From Auanema rhodensis (lineage: Eukaryota; Animalia; Nematoda), in NCBI GenBank assembly GCA_964057225.1, contig OZ059894.1, positions 15,252,001 through 15,316,000 of the forward strand: a stretch of DNA of 64,000 nt, written 5' to 3'. Below the pieces are notes generated by a model. It saw only the letters and a list, made by a program, of their open reading frames with translations. It was not told the DNA's origin and did no database searches. The number at the start of each line of letters is the position of its first letter. Position 1 is the stretch's first letter. Positions 40,032 through 52,500 of the stretch are shown piece after piece. The translations under genes and the position numbers were made by a program.

Positions 40032-40748
40032 ACTGTACAAATGCATAAAATATTTTGATTGATAAAGCTATTTAAGATATTGCTATCTCACGAAACGGTT
40101 GCACTTCATATTTGATATTTTGCAATGTTTTTCCCGAAAATATTCGTGATATTATGCGATTCTTGCCGTTTCAATGATTTTATAAATGAACAAGAAGTTG
40201 AAATAATATAAAATAGGAAGTATCATGTATATACATACGAACAAAGTTTGGTACTTTGATTGAATACGTTTTAACTACTGACTACTATTCTAACTATAAA
40301 ATTGAAAATAATTTGTCAACTTCTTTTTTTATCTCATTTCACAAGATTATTACCATCGCATAATATAATATTTAATTGAATCCAATCAGTCAACATAATT
40401 TAAAAAATTGATATATTATATAGAATTGCATATCATTTATGCAAATTGTCTATTATATAAAATCTTATAATATATATAAATATATATAAAAAATATTCAT
40501 TCAAACAGTAGTAAAATGATAATTAACATTATATGATGTATAACCCAACACATAAAAAAAGATCACAATGATTCTGATAATAAGTGGAGCTTCAAGATTC
40601 AAAATTAAAAAAAAAAAATAAAAAGTGAGCCTGTGCTTTTGTTGCAAATGGTTTGTGACAGTTATTTCACAATTAAATTTATAAATATGTATACTTTAAT
40701 ATCATAAAGGAGAAACACATAAATTGGATCATATTTTCAGATGAAAAC

Positions 40749-42186
40749 TCAGGATGTGTCTCCTGATGAGGCAGCTGCTTCATTTAGTGAATTTCTCCAT
40801 GAAAAATATAACCAATATGAGATGCAGAAGATGGAAAATGTGGTTGGAAATACCCATCTACTATCTAAATTTATATATTTTTTATTTATTTTATAATAAA
40901 TAGAAGAAGAATGTGTTAGAATCAGCTTACATCTATCTATTCGTCGGGCAATTCGCTCATTTCGCAAAGCACATTTTTGACATGGCTTTGTAAAATCGTA
41001 TTTGCTGTAGATATGAGCAGCTGCATGTGGTGTTGCTGACATCAAAGCCTAAAAAAGAGTTTTAAACAGATTGTTTTCATTTGATCAAGCAAGTGAGTTG
41101 TCCATTGAAATACTTCAAATGGCCAGTTTCTATAGAGTGATCGATAGATTTACACATCAATTTAACAGCAAACTCAGAGTTAGTACTGGAAAAGATTTGA
41201 AAGAAAACACAGAAAACGTGCAGGAAACAATACACATAGTTAACATGCTCATATTCTATTAGTATTTAAACACTGAAATATTATACAAATAAGGTTAGTA
41301 TTCGAAGAATTGAGGAAAAAATGTCTTCAACAAGGAACTTCGTACTTATAATTAACTTTGTTCAAAGTTCTCCTTATTATAATTCATCATCTCAGACAGA
41401 ATTTAAAAGAATTGTTCAATTTATTTTCAGTTTTAATAGCTTTTATGATTAATAAATTGATTTCGATGATTAATATATCAGGGCTTTTCTTCATTAAGCT
41501 ATTTTTTTCTTATAAGAAATGAACAAATCTTTGAAACAGAGGACCAACATCTTACATATAATGGATGCTATATAGATTACTGTATAGTTCATGCAATTTC
41601 AATCATAGCAATATCATAACATGAACGTGAACTTTCTAATTAAAAACAAAAATAATTTCAAATTTTATAGAACAGGGTGCTTCCGGTTGGAGTAAACCAT
41701 TTAACCTAAGTGAAACATGAAACTTACACTATTTTCAGCCTCACTTTCAAGCCATTCTCTAGTAGCGATTCGCTCGGCAACTAGAGCCGTGCCGAATATG
41801 GTCTAGAGTATATATACGAAAGATAAGATATTTTGACAAAAAATGTTTGAGATTGATTGATAGAGAATAGTTTGTTATTATGCTAATTTCATTACAACAT
41901 AATTATAAAAGATTTTTCTTAATCTGTGATGTGGCGAAAATCAATCACCCTGCCTGAATGCATTTTGCACTTTATTCGTTCAAGAATACCAAATTTTTGG
42001 ATGAATTTTCAAAATTAAAAAGTTTGTTAATAGATAAATATAGGGTATTTATATATTTTTCAATATTTTATATATAAATACTTTTTAAAATTTAAATTGA
42101 CTGAAATACTAGAAATCTTCTTACTACATAATCGTTTTTCTATGATTAAAAGAGTATAGAGTTAAAAGAAATTTGGCATTCAAAAG

Positions 42187-42254
<68 letters not shown>

Positions 42255-42926
42255 CATACATATATAGATTATATAGATTATACATTTATATTATTTGTGT
42301 TAACTATATCATATAATTAAAGCAAATAATATTCAGAATAAGAACATATAAACATGATTTGTTAGACTTTGCAACTTTGTTTCTGGACATGAGAAAATCG
42401 GATGAATTTAAAAATAAATTATAAACAAACCGCTGTATGATTCATACAAGCTGATAATCCTTGTGTCAAAGAGAAGGCAGGAACACCTCCGGATCGGCTT
42501 TTCGTTGGTTCTGGTCTCGTCGCTGGTGGTGGACTGTCACAACGCTGTAACTCACGTGAACACACTCCAGAAGGTTAGTTAAATTTTTAATCTTTGTGTG
42601 AAAATGAAATATCTAAGGAAAAACGATGCTAAATGCCCCCACAAGGATAGAAGTACAATCCAAAATATTTGAGTTGTGTTTGAAAAAAGTTGTACTTGTT
42701 GATATAAACTATGTTGAAAAGTTGACTAAATTGTTTTAAATTTACAAGCTATCTAAGGACATTTGTTTTGGAATAAGACATTAATGAATGGTGGACATAA
42801 GACAAAATCAGACAAAACCATGGTTAACACAGAAGGTAAACGAACTAAAGCCATTGGTAATTGACTATATATTAAGGTTTTTACATTGGTTGTTTTATCA
42901 GAAAAATAAGGAATGGTAAAAGAGAG

Positions 42927-42972
<46 letters not shown>

Positions 42973-45900
42973 TCTTGAGAAAAAGAGGGAGAGAGTAAGA
43001 GAGCAAAAGAGAGAGAGAAATAGAAAAAAGAAAACTAAAAAAGCCCCACAGCAAGTTCATGGTATTTTGAAGGATTGTAATGCAAGAACTTACAGCGAAT
43101 GGATAGGATTCCGGAACATCATCTTGAGTTTTCATGTGCTCATCATCCTGAAAAGATATGAAGATCAGAGAAAAGACAATTAAATTAAATAATTCATACC
43201 ACAGATAGCTTATGAACATTATTATTTCTTAGTTTTTGATGATTATAAGCTCTTCGATGTACACAATCAAAAACTCTTTTTGTTACATAAAATGACACAA
43301 ATGAGTATTCTAGAAGAACAAGAAAGATAAGAGCTTGTGAAAACGTTAGCCATATATCCAACGCTTTTATATAGGAAACCTTAAAAAATAAATGTTATAA
43401 ATAAATATTTAAAGTTTTAAAAAACCTGTGGTAAATCTTGTCTAGCTCCATTACTCATAGTTGTTAATGTGAGAAGTGAAGTAATAGTTAATGAGATTCT
43501 AGCTGGTGAAGCTCGTGGATCAAGCCAGAATGACATCCATGAAATTGATACAAGCATACCTGAAATATATTTTTTAAAATTTGAATAATTAGTTAGAAGT
43601 TTGATGTATGAAGGAAGAAAGAATAAAGTCTTTACCCGTTGGAATATATGTTTGGATAATATGGAAGAGTACTAGTCTTTTCATAACGATAAAAGCTCGA
43701 ATACAACTCCAATCAGCTGAAACATACTAATTCAATTAATATATTCGTAAGTTTAACAGTTTATTTGATTGTGATAAGTGTGCTGATTATATTATAGCAG
43801 AACACGATGCGTTGGTAGTGCTGGAAAGTTGGGCTAATTTGGAAAAAATGTGAAATACAAGCATTTCCAAGAGATGACAGGTGAATAGAACTTAATGTTT
43901 TTGAGCTAAATCATGTTCCGATTCAATGCTATAGGAAAAAAATTACAAAAATACTCTGTAAACAGTGTTCTGATGTCATCTGCATTGTGTGCGATTAGAA
44001 TACAGCTGGACAAGTGTGCTTTAAGCTAAACTTGGTTCATGCGCAGAGTCTTAGCATAAGCTTGGTTCCCCTTTAAAGCGTAAAGAGGACTCTATTTGGA
44101 TTGAAATTGAAACTTCCAATTCTTTCATATATAGATATATAGAAATGAATAAAGAAGAGATTATTCAACTCGAAAGATCATCTCATATGATCTTTGAGAA
44201 TTCGTTTTATATGCTTAAGCCACAGTTTCTTCAATCAGCTTCAGTAATTCAGCAGCAAATGTTAAAAAGTAAATTATAATAGTAGCAGTTTAAATTATTG
44301 TAGCTTTTATTATTGCTGAAAAAAGGTTTTTATTTTGGTTTGAATGTTAGAATTTTTTGGAAAAATATGGTGAAATTAGGACAAGTGATTTCTTGCAGGT
44401 TAGTTGATGTGGGAGCATGAGGAGAAGAAGAAGAAACAAGAGAACTGGGGAGCTGATTGAAGTAAAAAAAATGGGATTCGGAATGTAAACGATTACCCTT
44501 AGATGAATGGGAAGATCACAACAAACATACCTCCTAAAATAGAAAAACGTTCATAGATTTGGTGGAGTACCAAGCTTTTTTCATTCAAAAGCTTTAACTT
44601 TTTTTCTTTTTTAAAAGCTTGAAAGCTCTCTTTGGATATCTTAGTGGCATACACGCTTTTGGAAATTTGATGCACGGCAGAAAAAAACCTTTTTTTCCTC
44701 TTGATTCAGCAGCTATCTTTGAAAAAAACACAAATATAACGCAAACTAATGGAATAAAAGATTTTGCTCAAAGCTGTTCCGTTTTCTTATTTAATCAGAA
44801 AATTCAAGCAAAACGGACAGTTTAGTTAAAATACGAGATGTAAGAAATAGCATAAATAAGGAAAAAATGTCGAACCTGTCCCTCTGAACATCGGATATGG
44901 TCCAGCACACTTTTCAAAACGCGTCTTCGTTATAGCCATATCATTTAATTTAATTTCTTCATTTGAACCAATTGGAAAATATGGTGGATCAACATGCCAA
45001 GTTAAATTAACAAGTTGTTCGATATAAGCATCTGTAAAGTGAAAATTAAAAAAATAATATGTGAAAATAAGAAAAAAAGATGAATAATAAAATTATATTT
45101 GAAAGAAAATAAATTTACTTCGAAAAAAAAAACAGAATTAAATACTTACAGCTCTGAATGCTCAATGGACATTCCTGGTAATCTATAGGAAATAATTTTA
45201 AATCCATCATACATGATAAAGTGACATCTAATCTTAAAAAAAGAAAAAGAAATTATAATTAATTTAAAAATAATTTTTATTTAGTTATACCTCATTGATT
45301 TAAATATTAATCCATCCGGATAAATTATAACCATCATATTAGGTGTTGTTACTTCTTGTAAATAAGCAAATTTAGAATTTACAAAATATAAATCAGGATG
45401 CCACATACGATCAGCAATTAACTTGAAAAAATATTTTTTTTTAATATTTTATTTCTATCTTAAGCTATTACCTTATTAGTTACCAATATAGGATATGTGC
45501 AATTATGTGCTAGTCTTCTATCGAACCAGCCCATAGCCAAATACATATCTACTTCAAAATCCTAAAATTCAATAAATATTTTTAACATTTTTTGATAATT
45601 TAATATATTTTTTTAATATTTATATATATATATATGTATTTATTCTAAAATATTTTATAATTTAGTCAGTATTTCTTACCATAGTTTGAGCCTTAAACGA
45701 TGACATGGATTCAATATATATTGCTACGTGCACATCTGTTCTTTCACCTTTAAATGTATACATTAAGTTTTAATGTGAATAATGGGTTTGAATTTCAAAC
45801 CTTGAGCTTGTCCAGGTGCCATGAACATGTTATATCCATCTTTCACAACGCCATTACCAATAACTTTGAGAATACGGTCTCCTGATTCAGTCCATATGAG

Positions 45901-46510
45901 CTCATTGGTTTGATGGCCACTGCGTTCTGGCTCACACAGATCGTGGATCTTATATCGTGGATCATACCAAAATTTACGGAATATATTCGGATCTTCACTA
46001 TAAATTTTAATTAATTTAGAAGTCTTAATATGCTTCGAATACGTACTTATCTTCTAGTGAGCCTCGTGCAGATTCAATAAACGTGTGAGCAAAATCTTTC
46101 AAAGGCTCTGTCGCTACACCATTGTCTTTGATATTCTGAAACTTTCAACTTGAAGATAAGAAACACATCACAAACAAGCATTAGAAGTTAGAGGAACACG
46201 AGCGGAAAGCTATCGAAATGTTAGAAGCGTAAATCCTACGTGTGAACTAGGTGGCGTTGGCTGATCTTGAAGCAAAGCAGCAACTAAGTCATCATTCGCA
46301 TCTTGACGAAAAGTTTTACGAGAATGATCCGCTACGAGAGTGGCCTAGAGGAGAAAGAGCAAGCTCAAACTAGTTAACTATTCCTGCTAGGGGAATCAAA
46401 CGGAAGCAAAATCTGAAACAAACCTTCAAGTCCAACTGTGCTGCGTCAGTTCCAAAATAATCGTGTAGAAATGGTTGCAGTAAGCATACGAAGATCAGAA
46501 CAGGATACAT
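40749..46510 (-). CDS. Cys-loop ligand-gated anion channel subunit (nematode LGC, glycine-receptor-like group)
   Basis: Signal MYPVLIFVCLLQPFL; MWHPDLYFVNSK; Cys-loop CMMDLKLFPIDYQEC; loop-C disulfide CAGPYPMFRGTADWSC; M1 QTYIPTGMLVSISWMSFWL; M2 SPARISLTITSLLTLTTMS; LPQVSYIKALDIW; M4 IDRYSRWVFPTTFSIFCISYW. About 18 exons. I could not assign the exact lgc orthologue. Confidence 0.95.
42194..42247. repeat. (TA)n microsatellite, intronic
   Basis: About 27 TA units. Confidence 0.95.
42921..42969. repeat. (GA)n microsatellite, intronic
   Basis: Near-pure GA run. Confidence 0.95.
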
Positions 46511-49500
46511 GCCATTTCACATCGGAGTCCAATCTATAAGAATGAAGATGATATATGACGAATATATTTCATATTTTATATAAGTATATTCGGAGAAACG
46601 ATAAAAAGAGCAACAAGAAAATGAGAAAAGAGACTGGAAAGTTCAGTAGTACAGGACAGATAATAAAGGAAATAATCAACAAATTCTAAGCCAAAGGTTA
46701 TACAAATTAAGGATTGGACGAAACATGAGAAGATATTATTTCTCTTTAAAGCAGATCGTAAGAATACTTCAAGATTTTAAAGAAACAAATGGCTCGTAAT
46801 CGTATAGACTTAACAAATGAGACTATGTAACAAAGCAACATGTAAATAGGTTATGATCTGAAGAGGAAATTAGGAAACGAACTTATACACCAACATTTTC
46901 TTAGTCTACTTCATTTCCGGAAAGAAGAGAGTAGAAGTAAGAGAGGGGGAGGGAGAAGCAAAACTTCAAACTCAAAGAGAAGAAAGAGAGAAAAGAGCAG
47001 AGAGAGGGTGGAGATTTAGGCAGTAGAGGAGGGACAAAATAGAATTTAGCTTCTCAATGTTTCACTCCTTCTCTTTCTTCTTAAGCTGTGAGCTGTTATT
47101 CTTTCTTTGAAAAAATCTCTTGCTGTTTGTTCTATTCTCTATATACATACATACATACAAATAAGAAATAAAAGAATTAGCAACGTCATATTTACGTGGA
47201 AGATTTGAATAATTCCACGTGTCTTTTCATTTGAAATATAGGGTCTTGAAGGACGATAGTGAGCGGAAAATGTATGTAGCTTACACCTTTAGTTCTTCTA
47301 CTATAATATTCTCCAATATAACTATATATAAATATATTATTGGATAAATACTAATATTTATTTTTCGTTAAAATTATTTATCTCTGATTGTATCAAAATA
47401 TTCCGAGTAAAGGCTTACTGAAAACAAAGAAAACTGATCACAAAACTACTAAATATAATCGGTAATTCAATTAATGAAAAGGTGTGAAGATTAGATGAAT
47501 TCAGGAAAATACATTGAAAGGACCTCTCATTAACGATCAAAAGGTTAGAATAATGTGAAAAGGAAAATAAAAGTATATGAAGATACTGATGAGAACAATG
47601 CATCGGAAATGCCGGAGAATTGTCTATTGAAGTTTTTTCCGCTTCGTCGTGTGATGAAACAATACCTATTATTGAATATTGAATGTTAAAGGCTTCATGT
47701 GAGAAAAAAAAGAAACATTGTTTTCTCATTGGCTTATATAACGAGTTGTTAGGATAGAAACAATACATTGATGTATATCAAAGCTGAAACTTAAACTTTG
47801 GCTTCACACTCTTAGACAGTATGTTGTATATAGTATGAGATATATGAGTTATATGTAAACTAGCCTTTAGGGTTTTCCTTTTATTAGAGCATAGCAACCA
47901 AAATGATTAAATGGAAGTTTCAAAACAGAACAAAAAGCAAAATTTTGAGAACAAATTATAACGTGAGTGAAGCTCTCTACACACTTCTGGAACCAAAACG
48001 ACTTCTGACGTGAATAGTTAATTTTATTTCGGGAAAAAAACTTTGAGAGAGGACGAAGCAGGTTCATAGAGAACACAGTACACCCTTTATGTGCATATGT
48101 ATTTTCATGTTGAGTTGGCTCAAGTATCAAAGACGGTGCTTTAGCATTCACTTCTACTTCTTCTGATAGTTACATTGTTCTCTCTATCCGTATTTTCTCA
48201 TGAGAATGTGTTATCTTACAAGCATTTTTTTCTTTTTTTTTTTGCAAAATTTCTCACCTCTTGTATGCTTCTCCCTCACTCTCCCTTCCTTAACTCTTTT
48301 ATTCTCTACCCTCTTCCCCTCTCTCAGTTTATCTATCTATCTCTACCTTTTTCTTATTCTGAAAACTATACTTTATATGTCTAAATATTTCAAAAACTCT
48401 TATTTTAAATGATCTTTCTTTTATTGAACACAGTGTTTCGTTTACATTGAGCATACACAAAGATTCATGAAATATTCACTTCACTTCACACATGACATCA
48501 AGACTTTCCATTCAAATGCTTGATTTGCTAATTTGTGTTTGAAACCGTTTAAAAAATGATGATTTAAGATTAAAGCAGAGTACTTGACGTTCACGAAGAA
48601 AGACAAAAAATATATGAAACAAATAAAACTCAATTTTGTATGTGGAATGCTGAGCATTTTGTTTTGAAAATGTGATATTTAAGCTATACAACGCTTCTAC
48701 AAGTGTAAAAGATTCAAAAACGAGTAGGGAAATAGGATTTAAGCAGTTGTGTCATGACAGGTTCCGAAGTAGCATAGTGATGCGTAGAAAACGATGAAAC
48801 TTTAAATATATTCACCGAATTGTCTTTGTTTCGTCAATTCACTGAAGACAGTGTGAAAGTAATAACAAAAGTAATTTCACATACATATGTTGTTTAAGCA
48901 TTACTTTTTTAAAAATAGATTCAACATCAACGATAGTCAAGGATGAAGATTTTGTTTCAAAAAAAAAATAAAATTACAAGCAAAATGTGCTGAAAACCAT
49001 AATAGCATGTATCTGTAAAATTATTTAAAAAGAAAAAATCAAATTGGTTTATGAGATTAAAAAATAAAAATTGAGAAATTCAATAATTATATAATTTACA
49101 TATGTATACTATATAGCTAAAGGAATAATATTTGTATCTTCTCTCAAATAAATTTTACCTGAAAAAAAGAAATCGACGAATGGACAAGATTTACATATGT
49201 ATGTAGGTGGGTATTAAGAGCAAAGATGAGATTTTTTTTTTTTCAAAAAATAATAATAATAATGACAAGCTCTCAAAATCATATATTCATACATGTATGT
49301 ATATCTACTGAATATGTTTTATTTGTGTTTGAAAATATATGAAATGCTGCAAACTCTTTCTTTTTTTTTTCATTTAAATTTAAATAAAATGAACTAATGG
49401 ATGTTGATTTTCAAGTTTTCAGCTCTAACACACAGTTTATATGTTGTTTAAATTATAAGGTAAATACATACAGATGTATGTACACATACATATGTGAGCC

Positions 49501-52500
49501 TGATGAGCATATGTTGTTTCAACATAAAACATCTCGTTATGTTATTCTAAATAGAATATGAGCTTCACGCAATTTACACGTGAGATATTAATCCTATTTT
49601 GGCGTTATATACACGTTTTTCTTGGTTGGTCTTCCGTTCGTTTATTTTATTCAAATTAACCTTTTTTTCTCAAAATTGTTTTTATCTTCCCTCTCTTTCT
49701 CTTTTTCTTTTTTTCTTCTAATTTTCTTCTAATCTAACTTTTTACCTCTGTTTCACTCACCCACTTTCCCTCTCTCTCTTTTTCTTTTCCCCTTTTCCCC
49801 TCTCTCGCTCTCTCTATCTGTATCTCTCTCTCTTTTACTTTAAATTTTTTCGAAGTCGATGCATATGCATATAGATATAACAGGATGTCACAAATGTATA
49901 TGTATAGATTACAATTTCCTTAATTATTAAGAATTTGAGAATATATTGAGTGCTTTCAATCCAATTGGTTGACGCTTCTCTGACTCCCTCACTGTTTCAA
50001 CTAATAAGATTCAACAATTATGAAGCCTTCAACAATGCATCTATCTACGATATCTGTATAAAGTGTGAATTTATCGTTATTTTTCATAAGTATAAGTTAT
50101 GCATAATATAATATAACTAACATTCAGTTAGAATTATACATAATTTTGAAAAGAATTTAGAAAAATTAAGTATGTACTTATTAAAGAATATATATTATAT
50201 ATAATAGATCATATTCATATGATCATTTTCTTTATGTGGATATTTTGCGCTTGGATTGCCATACTCAAAGGGATGTCTGTCTCTAAGAAAAACCCAAACG
50301 AAAAGGGAAATGAAGTCATTCGTTGGATGGTTGTCGTCTAGAATAAATTAGCAGGCTCTTAACGACGTTTCACGATCTTCAATTCAATGTGTGTGCTACT
50401 GAGCCTAAGAAAGGCTTCAGAAGGAATAGTAAGAAGAAAAGTAGAAGTAAAATAAGGATGTGAAGTAAGAGAATCCAGAATAACTTCTGACAACTGCACT
50501 CAGAAAAAGCATGTGAGTTTACAGGAAAATAAAGCAGGAAGTTCCTGGCATCAAATATATAGGAAACAGATAATGATAAATGAAAATAAGATGGAAAGAA
50601 GAGAAATAAATGTGATTCAACTATTACTTTTCGTTTCTTTGTTTCAACTCTTCAATAAATGCTCGTATTTTTCAATACGTTTTTCCTCAATTTCTATCAC
50701 TGCTGCTCTGATTTTTCGATTTTCAATTAAGAATTCTCTCCACAACTACAACAACCTGATGGACCGTTAAGTAGGCGTGTTTCAAAAGCTTAAAACAACA
50801 TTAGAACAAAGTGTAAAGGCAGAATGATTGATGGTGACAAAAGTCTGATAATAGCCTTGTTAAATAGTCGAATAGGATTTGATAACGTCGGCTAATGTGA
50901 GTAAAAAAAAAAGTTCGACACATTGAAAAAAAAAAGAATTTAACAAATCTTCGATAATTGATGATGCATCAAAAGCATGAAATTGTCTGAAAAACTAAGA
51001 GATTGATGTGTTGCTTTGATTCAAAATTTTATGAATAAATAGCTTATTTCGGTATATTTTGAAAATAAAAAAATTATAGGATATATTCATTTGATGCCAG
51101 TTTAGACAATCTTAAATAAAATTATAGCTTAAAAGCAGCAATATCTGTATATTAGGACGTTGTTTATTCAGGATCATAGCTACTCAAATGGATCAAAAAC
51201 ATACAGCTGTAAGGAGACGATTTCTACGGACGCCAGCAATGTTTTTTCGTGTTTGTAAATTTTTTTTGATGTTCATAACAGGAACTTAGTATGCATTGCA
51301 ACCAAATCTCCTTGCTCACTATGAGACATAAGCTCTCCTGTTGCTCATTGTGTCATGTTCAAGGTTAAAACTAGCTAATCTTAAGAAATATGCTACCTAG
51401 CTACTTATATTACAAGAAAATAAGAATATATTGCTTTTTAGAATTATTCAAATATAAATTCAATTAGTGAGCATTCAGAAAATTATGTTTTTGTTATATG
51501 AACTTAAACAAAATCCCAATTCATGATTATAAAATGAATAAATAACTAAAAACTATAAGAAGTAAAAGGATTGAAAGAGGAGGAGTCAAATGCGAAAGAA
51601 CAGTTCGTTGTGGATGCATCTACACCAAATGATAGAGGAAGATAAATCTTCCAGAGAAGAGGAGAAATACGAAAATGAAAGCTTCTGGCATCATCCCATA
51701 GAGGTAGAGACAAAGACAAATTGACAACAAATTCAAATAAACAATACATGCGACAGGCTATTTCCTTCCCTTCGAAAAAAGAAGCCAAATGAATTGCCAT
51801 ATGATTGCTTCAAATCAGAAAGTTTAAAGCTAAACAAAAACAAAGATAGATATATAACACTGGTTGTACTAACTATAATGTTTTTTTCAATAGAAAGCTC
51901 AATAAGAAACTGAAAACATAAAAGAAGAATGAAGGAAGTAGTGAGAAAAATAATATTTTGAAAGAATTTTCATAGACGATGATGTGTATGACAAAAAAGA
52001 AGAACAATCTGGATTTATATAATATTATATATACAAAAAGGAAAGAGCAATTAATTCTTCTTAGAATATCTAAATATAAGCAAAGAGTTCAAATGTTGAT
52101 TAGTTTAGTTGAAATGATGTACAAATAACATACTATATAGATGAAGAGAGAGGGAAAGAGGGTGTATTTTGAATTGTAAAAGTACAATAATAGAGAGATT
52201 TTCAAAAATCTTAAGATTACATACATATGTATTTCTTAAGAAGAAAAAAAAATGTTGAAAATGAGAATATAACGAGGGTTGTGGAAAAAGAAATAAAAAA
52301 CAAAAGTAAATTTTACCTGTTGAGCATTTTTAAAGAAAATGCTGAAAAAGATCAAATATCAAGCAACAACAATAACAATAACAACAACAAAGAAAAGATT
52401 ACAGTAGACAATGTAGAGTAAAAGATAAATTTGAAAGAAATCCGAGCTATGCTGATAAATTATCTAGAAACTTTAGATATTTCAGTGACTAAATAACAAA

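Noticed and set aside
41655-41705. Apparent extra channel exon VKWFTPTGSTLFYKI*
   Set aside because: It needs a 22-nt intron and truncates before M4; splicing from 41727 to 41049 keeps the frame
47415-48151. 117 aa and 94 aa minus-strand ORFs
   Set aside because: No domain, no consistent splice sites, non-coding composition
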